The notes under the pieces are model-generated. The model was not told the DNA's origin. It saw nothing but the letters and a program-made list of their open reading frames with translations, and ran no database searches. Positions 1 to 11,800 of a DNA stretch of 62,000 bases are shown in pieces. The translations under genes were made by a program, and so were the position numbers. This DNA is from Patescibacteria group bacterium (GTDB taxonomy: Bacteria > Patescibacteriota > Patescibacteriia > Patescibacteriales > UBA12465): contig DATFJU010000027.1 of the NCBI GenBank assembly GCA_035269015.1, positions 1 to 62,000 on the forward strand. The letters are read 5' to 3'. How positions within the stretch are numbered: position 1 is the first letter of the stretch; every line of letters starts with the position of its first letter.

Positions 1-2
1 TA

Positions 3-1046
3 TCAGAGTTAGAGTTTAAACCTGATATTATTCATACTCATGATTTTCACACTGCTTTACTTAATAACTTAGTTAAACTTTCAGATTATATATATTCAAA
101 AAATGCTAAAACTCTTTATACTATTCATAATTTAAATTATCAAGGAAAATCAGAGCCTGAAATGCTAAAAAATGCTAACTTAAATAGTAAATCAATGAAA
201 AGCTTAACTAAGGATGCTAAAGATGGAGACATTAATTTAATGGTGCAAGGAATCTTTAACTCAGATTTGCTTAATACTGTTAGTCCAACTTATGCCAAAG
301 AAATTACTAAAAAAGAACAAGGTGGGGGCTTGCATAGAGTGATAAAAATGAATAAAGATAAGTTAAGTGGAATTTTGAATGGATTAGATTTAGAAGCTTT
401 TAATCCTGCTACTGATAAAAATATTGTTAAAAAATATAATTTAGATAATTTGGAGGATAAAGTTAAAAATAAAGTAGCTTTGCAAAAAGAAATGGACTTA
501 GAAGTAAATAAAGATATTCCTTTAGTGGCTATGGTTTCTAGGTTAGCTTGGCAAAAAGGATTAGAATTAATTGAAGATAATTTGATAAACAATTTAGATA
601 TGCAAGTTGTGATTTTAGGCACTGGTGAGAAGAAATATGAAGATTATTTACAGAAATTAGCTAAGAAATATCCTGAGAAATTAGTAGTAAAGATTATGTT
701 TAGTTCAGATATGGCTCAAAGAATATATGCAGGCTCAGATTTCTTTTTAATGCCTTCACGTTTTGAACCTTGTGGCTTAGGACAAATGATTGCTATGCGC
801 TATGGATCATTACCAATTGTTCGCGCTACTGGAGGTCTAAAAGATACTGTTGATAAAAAAGTTGGCTTTATATTTAAGAAGTTTTCTGCTAGAGCTTTTT
901 ATTTAGCTGTTAAAAGAGCAGTAGATGTATATCATGAAGAACCTAAGAAATTTAAAAAAATGCAAATTACAGCTATGAAAAAAGATTTTTCCTGGGATAA
1001 TTCAGCTAAAAAATATTTGAAATTATATAAAAATTTACTTAAATAA
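3..1046 (+). CDS. glgA: Glycogen/starch synthase (GT5 family), C-terminal ~350 aa; 5' end lies outside the window
   Basis: The frame is open from nt 3 (SELEFKPDIIHTHDFHTALL...TIHNLNYQG) into the listed ORF 162..1046. Motifs PDIIH.HD.H, IHNL.YQG, PSRFEPCGL.Q and GGL.DTV are typical of GlgA. Confidence 0.9.
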   Translation, partial: SELEFKPDIIHTHDFHTALLNNLVKLSDYIYSKNAKTLYTIHNLNYQGKSEPEMLKNANLNSKSMKSLTKDAKDGDINLMVQGIFNSDLLNTVSPTYAKEITKKEQGGGLHRVIKMNKDKLSGILNGLDLEAFNPATDKNIVKKYNLDNLEDKVKNKVALQKEMDLEVNKDIPLVAMVSRLAWQKGLELIEDNLINNLDMQVVILGTGEKKYEDYLQKLAKKYPEKLVVKIMFSSDMAQRIYAGSDFFLMPSRFEPCGLGQMIAMRYGSLPIVRATGGLKDTVDKKVGFIFKKFSARAFYLAVKRAVDVYHEEPKKFKKMQITAMKKDFSWDNSAKKYLKLYKNLLK

Positions 1047-1047
1047 T

Positions 1048-3702
1048 ATGGCCAGAAAAAGAAAGAAAAAGAAAAAGGAAGCCCTAGAGTATATTGCTAT
1101 GCCTAAGTTAAGCTTAGAATCAAATGTTAAAAAAAGCATAATACTTATCTTTATACTAGTAGTTGCTATTATTAGTGCTTTTGGTCTTTTTGGCCAAGGT
1201 GGGCAAATAGGGTCTTATATGGCTCAAGGACTGGGAATTGCTTTTGGTTGGGGAAAATGGTTGTTTCCAATTTTAATTGTTGTCTGGGTAACATTATGGT
1301 ATCAAAATAAGAAAAAACAAATTAAACCAGCTCACTATATTGGCTTATTTTTCCTATTTATCACCTATCAATCCCTTTTTACCTTTTTTTATGATAAAAA
1401 AGAATGGATTAGTTTAGCCAACGCTAAAGAAGCCGGGGGATATTTAGGGTTATATTTGTCAGTTTTCTTTTCTAATTTATTTGGTTTTTGGGGAGGCTTA
1501 GCTGTTCTGGTTGCTTTATTTTTAGTTTCCTGGGTACTTATTTTTAATCGTCCATTATCTTATATTTTACCTAAAGGAACTTGGCTTTTAGCACCAGTTA
1601 GACTAGTTGCTTCTATTTTTAAAAGAAGACATAAAGATAAAGATTATAGTGAAGCTGAGTTTGAGGAAATTGAGGAAGAAAATGAAAACTTGTTTTTACC
1701 TGAAAATGAAGAAGATGAAAATGGTGATGAAAATGAAGCGGTTGTTTTTTCACAAAAGCCTGTTTCAGAAAGTGTTGATATAGATAAAACTATTAAGAAT
1801 ACAAAAACTAAAAATTTAGTTAATAAATGGAAGAGCAAAGGTTTAAAAATTGATTTACCTATAAATCTTTTAAAGGATAAAGAAGGAAAAGCTGCTGGAG
1901 GAAATATTGATAATAATAATAATATTATCAAAGATACTTTAGCTAACTTTGGTATTACTGTAGAAATGGGTAAAGCTAGTGTCGGGCCAACTGTTACCCA
2001 ATATACTTTTAAACCAACAGAAGGTGTGAAGCTTTCTAAAGTTACTGCCTTAAGTAATGATTTATCTTTGTCTTTAGCAGCGCATCCAATAAGGATTGAA
2101 GCTCCTATTCCTGGTAGATCTTTAGTAGGAATAGAAGTGCCAAATAAAACTAAAGCTATGGTAGGTTTAAAAGCCATGCTTAAAAGTGAAGAGTTTTCTA
2201 AGAGAAATACTAATCTTTTAATGGCTTTAGGAGAGGACGTAACTGGAGGCACTTGGTTTTATGATATTAGTAAAATGCCTCATTTATTAGTAGCTGGAGC
2301 TACTAACTCAGGAAAATCAGTATGCTTAAATTCTATTATTATTAGTTTATTGTATCAAAATAATCCTGATGATTTACGTTTTATTATGGTAGATCCTAAA
2401 AGAGTAGAGTTACCTATATATAATGGTATTCCTCATTTACTTACTCCTGTGATAACTGAAGTACCTAAAACTATTAACGCTTTAAAGTGGTGTTTAAATG
2501 AAATGGATCGACGTTTTGATACTTTGCAAAAATATAAGAAGAAAAATATTGCTTCCTATAATGAACTCATGGTAGCCAAAGGGAAGGACAAGATGCCTTA
2601 CATTGTTTTTATAATTGATGAGTTGGCTGACTTAATGGTAGCTGCTAGTAAAGATATTGAAGGTAGCGTTATTCGTTTAGCACAAATGGCTAGAGCTGTA
2701 GGAATACATTTAATTTTAGCTACTCAAAGACCAAGCGTTGATGTTATTACTGGTCTTATTAAAGCTAACATTCCTGCTAGAATTGCTTTTTCTGTTACTT
2801 CAGCTATTGATTCTAAAACTATACTAGATACATCCGGGGCAGAAAAACTTTTAGGACAAGGTGATATGTTAATTAGCACTCCAGACACTAGTAGACCAAA
2901 GAGACTTCAAGGTGCTTTTGTTAGTGATAAAGAGATTAAAAATATTTGTGATTATCTAAAAGAAAAGAGCGGTGAAGCAGATTATTTAGATGATGTTACT
3001 GAGAGACAGCAGGTTAAAGGAATGGGCGGTGTTGGTTTAGATGGTTCTAAAGGTGATGAAGATGAGCTTTTAGAGGAAGCAAAAGAAATGGTTATTAATA
3101 TGGGTAAAGCTTCTACTAGTATGTTACAAAGAAGACTTAGAATTGGCTATGGTAGAGCAGCTAGTATTTTAGATAATTTAGAAGATAATGGAATTATTGG
3201 TCCTAGTAATGGTTCAAAACCAAGAGAAGTTTTAGTTTCCAAAGAGCAATATGAAGCTTTACTTAATCAAGGTACAAGCGGAGTTAGTCTTCATAGTAAA
3301 GAAGAGTCAGAAGCGCCTGATAATTATTTAGATAGTGATGAAGGAGATGAATATAGTGAAGATGATATAGATAATCAAGAAAAGGAAGAAGAGAGTAGTA
3401 CAGAAGAAGTAGAAGAAGAAAAAGAAGAGAATTTTGTAAAAGAGGAAAGTGATGAAAATTTAAAAGATGATGAAAATAATGAAAGAGAAGATGAAGAAGA
3501 AAAAAAAGAGAATAAAGAGGAGGAAAATAAAGAGGAAGATAATAAAGAAAATAAAATTGAAGGTAAGGATAAAGAGGATAATGAAAACAAAGGAAAAGAA
3601 GAAAATAATAATAAAAATAAAAAAGAAAAGAATAATCAAAAAGAAGAAGAGGAGGAGGATGGTGATGAGTGGTTTGATGATGGAATGTATTTTTCTAAAT
3701 AA
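1048..3702 (+). CDS. ftsK: DNA translocase FtsK/SpoIIIE with an unusual E/K/N/D-rich C-terminal tail
   Basis: N-terminal TM helices and an acidic linker. Motor domain with Walker A GATNSGKS and Walker B FIIDELADL. Gamma winged-helix (STSMLQRRLRIGYGRAASILDNLE). About 145 aa of low-complexity tail follow. Confidence 0.93.
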   Translation: MARKRKKKKKEALEYIAMPKLSLESNVKKSIILIFILVVAIISAFGLFGQGGQIGSYMAQGLGIAFGWGKWLFPILIVVWVTLWYQNKKKQIKPAHYIGLFFLFITYQSLFTFFYDKKEWISLANAKEAGGYLGLYLSVFFSNLFGFWGGLAVLVALFLVSWVLIFNRPLSYILPKGTWLLAPVRLVASIFKRRHKDKDYSEAEFEEIEEENENLFLPENEEDENGDENEAVVFSQKPVSESVDIDKTIKNTKTKNLVNKWKSKGLKIDLPINLLKDKEGKAAGGNIDNNNNIIKDTLANFGITVEMGKASVGPTVTQYTFKPTEGVKLSKVTALSNDLSLSLAAHPIRIEAPIPGRSLVGIEVPNKTKAMVGLKAMLKSEEFSKRNTNLLMALGEDVTGGTWFYDISKMPHLLVAGATNSGKSVCLNSIIISLLYQNNPDDLRFIMVDPKRVELPIYNGIPHLLTPVITEVPKTINALKWCLNEMDRRFDTLQKYKKKNIASYNELMVAKGKDKMPYIVFIIDELADLMVAASKDIEGSVIRLAQMARAVGIHLILATQRPSVDVITGLIKANIPARIAFSVTSAIDSKTILDTSGAEKLLGQGDMLISTPDTSRPKRLQGAFVSDKEIKNICDYLKEKSGEADYLDDVTERQQVKGMGGVGLDGSKGDEDELLEEAKEMVINMGKASTSMLQRRLRIGYGRAASILDNLEDNGIIGPSNGSKPREVLVSKEQYEALLNQGTSGVSLHSKEESEAPDNYLDSDEGDEYSEDDIDNQEKEEESSTEEVEEEKEENFVKEESDENLKDDENNEREDEEEKKENKEEENKEEDNKENKIEGKDKEDNENKGKEENNNKNKKEKNNQKEEEEEDGDEWFDDGMYFSK

Positions 3703-3704
3703 AT

Positions 3705-5147
3705 ATGAAATATCTGCATAAAATAAAAAAATTGTTAAAAAAAATATTTAAGTTTGTATTACCAGCTTATCATTATTTATGGTCAATACTCTCTAGTTAT
3801 TACTATAAAAAACCTAGTGACAAGTTGGTTGTTATTGGTGTTACTGGCACAACAGGGAAAACTAGTAGTGTGTACTTGTTGGCTAAAACATTAAGAGAGG
3901 CAGGTTTTAAAGCTGGTTATAGTTCAACTGCTATGTTTTCTGATGGTAATAGTGATTGGTTAAACACTAAGAAAATGACTATGCCTGGCAGGAGCTTTAC
4001 TCAGCATTTACTTAAGAAAATGTTAAAGAATAATTGTACTTACGCTATTATAGAAACTACTTCAGAAGGTATAAGACAGTTTAGACATGTAGGTATAAAT
4101 TATGATTTACTTATTTTCACTGGTTTATTTCCTGAACATATTGAATCTCATGGTAGTTTTGAAAAATATAAACAAGCTAAACAAAAGTTATTTAAATATC
4201 TAAAAGACTGTAAAATAAAATATACTGATGATAATCATAGGATTATATCTAAGCCGTCTAAGTTAAAAAGTTTAGAACTTAATAAAGTAAAAAAGACGAT
4301 TATAGCTAATGGTGATGATCAACATGCACTTGATTTTTTAAAGTTTTGGGCTCAGGCAAAGATTGCCTATACTCGTAAAAGCCAGGATGAATATCTAGAA
4401 ATTTTAGAAGAGGAAAATAAAAGTTTAGCTAAAGAATTAGAAGTTATTTCTTATAATAATATTTTAGTAAGTGGTGAAGGTACTAGTTTTAAAGTAAATA
4501 ACAAAGAGATTAATTTACAACTGCTGGGAGAGTTTAATGTTACTAATGTTTTAAATGTAGTTGCTATGGGAGAAGTGAGGAATATTAGTTTTGAAAAAAT
4601 AAAAGCTAGTTTAGAAAGTATCAAGGGAATTCCAGGTAGGTTGGAGCAAATTAAAGAAGGGCAAAACTTTTTGTGTATAGTTGATTACGCTTATGAACCT
4701 AGAGCTTTGCAAAAATTGTATGATACAGTAGAAATACTAAAAAATTATCCCAAGGTCGGTACCAATGGTAAAATAATACATGTGCTTGGTTCTGCTGGTG
4801 GTGGAAGAGACAAAGATAGACGCCCAGAACTGGGAAGAATTGCTGGGCAAAATGCTGATTATGTAATTGTTAGTAATGAGGACCCTTATGATGAAGAGCC
4901 ACTAGAAATTATTAGACAAGTAGCTAAAGGATCAGTTAGTGTGGGTAAAAAATTAAATTATAATTTATTTGAAATTTTAGATAGAAGGGAAGCTATTAGA
5001 AAAGCAATTTCCTTAGCTGAAGATAATGATATTGTTTTGCTTACCGGTAAAGGTTCAGAACAAGCTATTTGTATGGCTAATGGCAAGAAGTTTAAGTGGG
5101 ATGAGAGAGCTGTGGCTAGAGAAGAGATACAATCTAATTTAAAATAA
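3705..5147 (+). CDS. murE: Mur ligase, most like UDP-MurNAc-L-Ala-D-Glu:diamino-acid ligase (MurE)
   Basis: P-loop GVTGTTGKTS, the central Mur ligase domain, DYAYEP (compare DYAHTP) and C-terminal SNEDPYDEEP (compare DNPR.EDP). Starts 3 nt after the ftsK stop. Confidence 0.8.
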   Translation: MKYLHKIKKLLKKIFKFVLPAYHYLWSILSSYYYKKPSDKLVVIGVTGTTGKTSSVYLLAKTLREAGFKAGYSSTAMFSDGNSDWLNTKKMTMPGRSFTQHLLKKMLKNNCTYAIIETTSEGIRQFRHVGINYDLLIFTGLFPEHIESHGSFEKYKQAKQKLFKYLKDCKIKYTDDNHRIISKPSKLKSLELNKVKKTIIANGDDQHALDFLKFWAQAKIAYTRKSQDEYLEILEEENKSLAKELEVISYNNILVSGEGTSFKVNNKEINLQLLGEFNVTNVLNVVAMGEVRNISFEKIKASLESIKGIPGRLEQIKEGQNFLCIVDYAYEPRALQKLYDTVEILKNYPKVGTNGKIIHVLGSAGGGRDKDRRPELGRIAGQNADYVIVSNEDPYDEEPLEIIRQVAKGSVSVGKKLNYNLFEILDRREAIRKAISLAEDNDIVLLTGKGSEQAICMANGKKFKWDERAVAREEIQSNLK

Positions 5148-5200
5148 TTTTCAATTTATTGATTCAATGTTATATTATAGAATAATTCTGGCTCAAGTAG

Positions 5201-5229
5201 TTGACAAATAAATTTTTATGTAATATTAT
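5201..5229 (+). promoter_or_regulatory. Sigma70-like promoter candidate upstream of rpoB (-35 TTGACA, 17-nt spacer, -10 TATTAT)
   Basis: TTGACA at 5201..5206 and TATTAT at 5224..5229, read directly from the sequence. This would give a ~285-nt leader before the rpoB ATG at 5520. Confidence 0.45.
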
Positions 5230-5519
5230 ATTAAATACTTATATTAATAATATTAATATTTATCTAGATATAGATAAAATTTTCATAAGAAAACGGAATA
5301 AGTTCCAGATTTTTTGGCTGTAATCCCGTTTTTTTGTTATTTTTATAGAAAAAAATTCTGAATTCTGTCGTGAAATAAGCGAATGCTCTAAAAAACTCTA
5401 GTCCCATGCTTTAAGGCAGGTTTTATAAAGTGAAATTATTAAGCTAACAATCAAATATTTTAGATACCTCAAGTAAGCTTGAGAAATTTTTATTTGTATA
5501 AATAAATTAGATAAAATAT

Positions 5520-8500
5520 ATGGCAGAAAACAAAACTTCCGTTAAAACGGAGACAAGTTCTAGAAAATTTTTTACGGATTTCGTTGAGGCTGTGCCTATG
5601 CCTGAACTAATTGAGATCCAAAAAAATTCATACGAATGGTTTCTTAAAGAAGGATTAATTGAACTTTTTGATGAAATCTCTCCAGTAGTTGATTTTAGTG
5701 GTAAAAAACTGGAACTATATTTTGAAGATTATTACTTAGATGAAGCTAAGTTTGATGAAATTGAGAGTAGGCAAAAAAATATAACTTACGAAGCTCCGCT
5801 AAGAGTTAAAACTAGACTTTTAAACAAGAGAACTAATCAGGTAACAAATCAAGAGGTTTATTTAGGAGACTTTCCATTAATGACTAAAAATGGGACTTTT
5901 ATTGTTAACGGTATTGAGAGGGTAGTAGTTTCACAGCTTATACGTAGTGCCGGGGTAATGTTTACAGCTGATTATATAAAAGAGAAAAAATGCTATGGTG
6001 CAAAGGTTATTCCTAATCGTGGTGCTTGGTTAGAAATTGAGACTGATGCTAATAAGGTAATTTGGGTGAGAATAGATAGAAAAAGAAAAGTAGCCGTAAC
6101 TTCATTGTTGCGTGCTTTTGGTTATGAAACTGATGAGGAATTAATTAATCTTTTTAAAGATGTTGATTTAAAAAGTGATGATGAAGAGCATTCATATATC
6201 GAAGCTACTATTTCTAAAGATTTAGCTAAAGATGAAGCTGAGGGTTTACAGGAAGTATATAAAAGAATACGCCCGGGAGATTTAGCTGCTACTGATAATG
6301 CTCGTCAACTTATTTATTCTATGTTTTTTAGATTTGATAGATATGACTTTGGTAGAGTTGGACGTTATAAATTAAATAGACGCTTTGGTCTTAATTTAGA
6401 AAATAATAAAGAAAATAGAATTCTTAGAAAAGAAGATTTAATTTTAATAATCAAAGAAGTGATTAGATTAAATATCACTAAAGAACCTGAAGATGATATT
6501 GATCACTTAGGCAATCGTCGTATAAGGGCTATTGGTGGTTTAGTACAAAATCGTTTTAGGGTAGGCTTAGCTCGCATGGAAAGAATTATTAAAGATAAAA
6601 TGAGTACTGTTGACTTAGGTGCAGTTAGTCCAACAAAATTAATCAATGCTCGTCCAGTAATTGGAGTGGTTAAAGAATTTTTTATGTCTTCTCAGCTTTC
6701 ACAGTTTATGGACCAAACTAATCCTTTAGCTGAACTAGAGCATAAAAGAAGATTGTCTGCCATGGGTCCAGGAGGTTTAACACGTGAAAGAGCTGGTTTT
6801 GAGGTTAGAGATGTACACGCTACTCACTATGGTAGAATTTGTCCTATTGCTACTCCTGAAGGTCCAAATATTGGTTTGGTTGGTCATTTAGCCAGTCATG
6901 CCAAATTAAATTCATATGGTTTTTTAGAAACTCCATATAGAAAAGTAAAACATACTAAAACTGGTAGTTATATTACTGATGAATTGGTATATTTAGATGC
7001 TTTTTCTGAAGAAAAATACATTACTGCTGCTAGCGTTATCCCTAATGATAGTAAGGGTAAGATTTTAGTTGAAGAATTTGAGGTTAGAAAACATGGTAAT
7101 CCAACAAGGACAAATGTTAAAGATATTGATTTTATTGGTGTAGCAGCTAATCAGATTATTTCTGTTGCTACTTCTTTAATTCCTTTTACGGAACATAATG
7201 ATGGTCAAAGATCTCTAATGGGAACAAACATGCAACGTCAATCTACTCCACTTATTAAAAGTGAGTCTCCTATAGTAGGAACAGGAATAGAGAGAAGAGC
7301 GGCTATTGATTCTGGGCATGTTATTTTAGCTGATGAAGCTGGGATTATTTCTAAAGTTGATTCAGAGACCATTGAATTAAAATCAAATAAAGGAAAAACA
7401 TATAAGTATAATCTTAATAAGTTTTTACGTTCTAACTCTTCTACTTGTATTAATCAACATCCTTTAGTTAGAGTGGGTGATAAAGTAAAGAAAGGACAGA
7501 GTCTTAGTGATGGTCCAGCTATTGATAAAGATGAGTTAGCTTTAGGTAAGAATGTATTAGTAGCTTTTATGACTTGGGAAGGATATAACTATGAAGATGC
7601 TATAATTATTTCAGAAAAATTGGTAAAGAATGATACCTACAGTTCAATTCATATTGAAAACTATACTATTGATGTTAGAGATACAAAATTAGGTCCAGAA
7701 CTTATTACTAACGATATACCAAATATTAGTGAAGAAAAATTAAAGAATTTAGATGAAGAAGGTATTATCAGAATAGGCGCTAAAATTTCTTCAGGCGATA
7801 TATTGGTTGGTAAGATTACGCCTAAAGGTGAAACAACTTTGTCTGCAGAAGAAAAATTGCTTAGAGCTATTTTTGGTGAAAAAGCTAAAGATGTTAGAGA
7901 TTCATCACTTTATTTAGAGCATGGTGAGCATGGAAAAGTTGTTGATATAAAAATATTTTCTCGTGAAGAAGGCGATAAATTACCAACAGGAGTTTTAAAA
8001 TCAATTCAAGTTTCAGTAGCCAATCTTAGAAAAATACAAGTGGGAGATAAAATGTCAGGACGTCATGGTAATAAGGGTGTTATTTCTAAAATTGTTCCAG
8101 AAGAAGATATGCCTTATATGGAGGATGGCACTCCAGTTGATATTATTTTATCACCGCTTGGTATTATTTCTCGTATGAACATAGGTCAATTATTGGAAAC
8201 TCACATGGGTTTTGCAGCACAAAAATTAGGTTATAAATGTGCTACTCCTACTTTAAATGGAATTACTGAACAACAAATTAAAGATGAACTAAAAAGAGCT
8301 GGTTTACCAGAAACAGGAAAAGTTCAACTTCATGATGGAAAAACTGGTGAAAAATATGATCATAAAGTTACAGTAGGATATAAATACATGTTGAAACTAA
8401 ATCACATGGTTGAAGATAAAATTCATCAACGTTCAATTGGTCCTTACTCCCTGATTACTCAGCAACCCTTGGGAGGTAAAGCTCAATTTGGTGGTCAGAG

Positions 8501-8864
8501 ATTTGGAGAAATGGAAGTTTGGGCCCTTGAGGGTTATGGAGCTTCTCATACATTGCAAGAAATGCTAACCATTAAATCTGATGATGTACCTGGTAGAAGT
8601 AAGGCTTATGAGGCTATTATTAAAGGTGAAGAAATAGAAAAATTGAATGTGCCAGAATCTTTCAATGTTTTAATTAGAGAGCTTAAAGGTTTAGGCTTGA
8701 ACGTTGAACTCCTGGGTGGACAGCCAGAAATTGTTGATAGCGAAGAAGTTGAAGATAATAAAGATATTAAAGAGGTAGAAGAGACAAAAAAAGCAAATTT
8801 TAAAGAAGAAAAAAAAGAAGAAGATAAAAAAGATTTAACAGCCGAAGAAGAGAATAGCAAATAA
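5520..8864 (+). CDS. rpoB: DNA-directed RNA polymerase subunit beta
   Basis: Full-length RpoB with conserved blocks ([66 protein letters not shown]). Ends in a short E/K-rich tail. Confidence 0.98.
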   Translation: MAENKTSVKTETSSRKFFTDFVEAVPMPELIEIQKNSYEWFLKEGLIELFDEISPVVDFSGKKLELYFEDYYLDEAKFDEIESRQKNITYEAPLRVKTRLLNKRTNQVTNQEVYLGDFPLMTKNGTFIVNGIERVVVSQLIRSAGVMFTADYIKEKKCYGAKVIPNRGAWLEIETDANKVIWVRIDRKRKVAVTSLLRAFGYETDEELINLFKDVDLKSDDEEHSYIEATISKDLAKDEAEGLQEVYKRIRPGDLAATDNARQLIYSMFFRFDRYDFGRVGRYKLNRRFGLNLENNKENRILRKEDLILIIKEVIRLNITKEPEDDIDHLGNRRIRAIGGLVQNRFRVGLARMERIIKDKMSTVDLGAVSPTKLINARPVIGVVKEFFMSSQLSQFMDQTNPLAELEHKRRLSAMGPGGLTRERAGFEVRDVHATHYGRICPIATPEGPNIGLVGHLASHAKLNSYGFLETPYRKVKHTKTGSYITDELVYLDAFSEEKYITAASVIPNDSKGKILVEEFEVRKHGNPTRTNVKDIDFIGVAANQIISVATSLIPFTEHNDGQRSLMGTNMQRQSTPLIKSESPIVGTGIERRAAIDSGHVILADEAGIISKVDSETIELKSNKGKTYKYNLNKFLRSNSSTCINQHPLVRVGDKVKKGQSLSDGPAIDKDELALGKNVLVAFMTWEGYNYEDAIIISEKLVKNDTYSSIHIENYTIDVRDTKLGPELITNDIPNISEEKLKNLDEEGIIRIGAKISSGDILVGKITPKGETTLSAEEKLLRAIFGEKAKDVRDSSLYLEHGEHGKVVDIKIFSREEGDKLPTGVLKSIQVSVANLRKIQVGDKMSGRHGNKGVISKIVPEEDMPYMEDGTPVDIILSPLGIISRMNIGQLLETHMGFAAQKLGYKCATPTLNGITEQQIKDELKRAGLPETGKVQLHDGKTGEKYDHKVTVGYKYMLKLNHMVEDKIHQRSIGPYSLITQQPLGGKAQFGGQRFGEMEVWALEGYGASHTLQEMLTIKSDDVPGRSKAYEAIIKGEEIEKLNVPESFNVLIRELKGLGLNVELLGGQPEIVDSEEVEDNKDIKEVEETKKANFKEEKKEEDKKDLTAEEENSK

Positions 8865-8896
8865 ATTATTAATTAAATTTCACTATATATAATAAT

Positions 8897-11800
8897 ATGT
8901 TAAATCCCATAAAAACTAGCGACTTTGATGCCATTAGGCTCAAGATAGCTTCCCCAGAACAAATTCTTGATTGGTCTCATGGAGAAGTTATACGTCCTGA
9001 AACAATCAATTACAGAACACAAAAACCTGAAAAAGATGGACTTTTTTGTGAAAAAATATTTGGTCCTACTAAAGATTGGGAGTGTGCCTGTGGAAAGTAT
9101 AAAAAAATAAGATACAAAGGTATTGTTTGTGATAAGTGTGGAGTAGAAGTTACCCGTAGTGTTGTTAGACGTGAACGTATGGGCCATATTAGTTTGCAAA
9201 TACCAGTTAGCCATATTTGGTTTCTTAGAGGTATTTCTTCTAAAATTGGCTTGATACTAAATATCACCATGCAATCTTTAGAAAAGGTTATTTACTTTGC
9301 TAGCTTTATTATTACTAGCGTTGATGAAGATTTAAAAACTGCTACAGTTGAGCAAGTAAAGACTGAGTTTAAAAACAAGAAGAAAAGTATTGAAAATGAA
9401 TATCAACAGAAAATTAAAGAACTTAAAAAAAGTGATGATAAAAAAGAAAAAGAAGTAGCTGATCCTGAAGCTTTGGAAAGTGAAAAAGAAGAAAAGATAA
9501 ATGATTTAACAGAAAATTTTGATAAAACTATTAAAGAATTAAAAGACTTAAAACCTTTGCAAGTTGTTTCTGAAAGCACTTATCAAAGTATGAGTCTAAA
9601 GTTTGGTCATTTGTTTGAAGCTGGAATAGGAGCTGAAGCTATTAGAGGACTTTTGGAAAAAATTGATATGGAAAAAACAATTGAGGAGTTGGAGGCTGAT
9701 TTGAAAAAAGCGGTAGAGTCAAGAAAAGATAAGTTAATTAAAAGATTGAGACTTCTTAAGAGTTTAAATAATAATAATATTCGTCCTGAATGGATGATCA
9801 TGACCGTACTACCGGTTATACCGCCTGATTTAAGACCAATGGTGGCTTTAGATGGTGGACGTTTTGCTGCTTCTGATTTAAATGATTTATATAGAAGAGT
9901 AATCAACAGAAATAATCGTTTAAGACAACTTATTGAACTAAATGCTCCTGAGGTAATTTGTAGAAATGAAAAAAGGATGTTACAAGAAGCGGCTGATGCT
10001 TTAATTGATAATTCAGCTAGACACGCTAAAACAGTAACGGCCTCTACAGGACAAAAGAGACAACTCAAATCTTTAGCTGATTCTTTGAAAGGAAAGCAAG
10101 GACGTTTTCGTCAAAACTTACTTGGTAAGCGTGTAGATTATTCTGGACGTAGTGTAATTGTGGTTAACCCTAAACTTGATTTAAGTGAATGTGGTATTCC
10201 TAAGAGTATGGCTCTAGAATTATTTAAACCTTTTATTATCAGTAAACTTATTAAACAAGAAATAGTACATAATGTAAGAAGTGCTTCACGTTATATTGAG
10301 GCTGGACATGAAGAAGTTTGGGATATTTTAGAAAATATTGTTAAAGAAGCCTATGTGATGTTAAACCGTGCTCCTACTCTACATAGACTCGGTATTCAAG
10401 CTTTCAAACCAGTACTTATTGAAGGTAAGGCTATTCAAATTCACCCTTTAGTTTGTAGTGCTTTTAATGCTGACTTTGATGGAGATCAGATGGCTGTGCA
10501 CGTTCCTTTAACTAAAGAGGCAATGAATGAAGCTAGAAATTTAATGCTATCTACCAATAATTTACTTAAACCAGCTACTGGTGATCCAATTGTAACTCCT
10601 AATCAAGATATTATTTGGGGGGCATATTATATTACTTTAGAAGATAAGGAGAGCGCTAAGAAAGAAGATAATGAACTTAGAGTTTTTTCTTCTCAAGCAG
10701 AAGCTAAATTAGCCTATGATAATGAACTTATAAGTTTAAATGAAACTGCAATTATTAGAATTAATGGAGAAAGAAAAAGAACTACAGTTGGACGTTCTAT
10801 ATTTAATGATATTTTACCAGAGAAGCTTCGTTATATTAATGAAGTGGTTGTGAAGGGTAAGGTAAAGAATATAATTAAAGAATGTTTATATCTTTATGGT
10901 GGAGATGAAACTGTAAAATTTATTGATGATTTAAAGAATAAAAGTCTGAAATATATTACTAAATCTGGATTATCTTGGGGTTTTGGTGACCTGCCTTATT
11001 ATGAAGAAAAAGATGAGTTAATTGAAAATGCTGGTAAAAAAGTTGATATGATTCAAGAACAATTTGATGAAGGTCTTCTTACTGAAACAGAAAGATTTTC
11101 TAAAGTTATTGAAACTTGGACTCAGGCCAAAGATGAAATTTCTGAAATTACTCAAGATGGTTTAAAAGATGTTTTACCAGTATTCTCTATGATTGAGTCA
11201 GGAGCTAGAGGTTCATGGGCTCAGCCAGTTCAGATTTTAGGTATGAAAGGTTTGGTAACCTCACCTTCAGGATCAATTATTGAGTTGCCTGTTAAAGGAA
11301 ACTTTAAGAAAGGTTTTAGTGTGTTAGAATACTTTATTTCTACTCATGGTGTACGTAAAGGTTTGTCCGATATTGCTCTGAGAACTGCTAACGCAGGTTA
11401 TTTAACTAGAAGATTAGTAGATGTGGCTCAAGATATTATTGTTAGTACTGATGATTGTGGTGATGATGTTGGTATAAAATATACACAAGAGGAAAGTGAG
11501 AAAATCGGTATTGATGTTAAAAAGAGAATAATTGGACGCTACTTGGCTCAAGACTTAAAAGATGATAAAGGTAAAGTAATCTTTAAAAAAGGTGAGCTTA
11601 TGGATGAAGAGCACATGAAAAAATTAGAAGGAAAGAATATTCAAGAAGTTGTTATCCGTTCAGTTTTAAGTTGTAAAGTTCCAAAAGGTGTTTGTACTAA
11701 ATGTTATGGTTATGATTTGTCCTATAATAAAATAGTTAAGAAAGGCGCCACAGTTGGTATTATTGCAGCTCAATCTATTGGTGAGCCTGGTACTCAGTTA

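Noticed and set aside
3300-3680. A possible CRISPR or tandem-repeat array suggested by the visibly repetitive purine-rich DNA here, at 8740..8860 and at 50200..51100.
   Set aside because: There is no repeat-spacer periodicity and no conserved 25-40-bp unit. The repetitiveness comes from in-frame Glu/Lys/Asn codon runs inside ORFs. No cas genes are present in the window.
3375-3721. ORFs 3375..3590 (-) and 3467..3721 (+), both overlapping the ftsK tail.
   Set aside because: They are alternative readings of the GAA/AAA/AAG-rich tract that encodes the FtsK acidic tail. The K/R-only or S/L-only products are frame artefacts.
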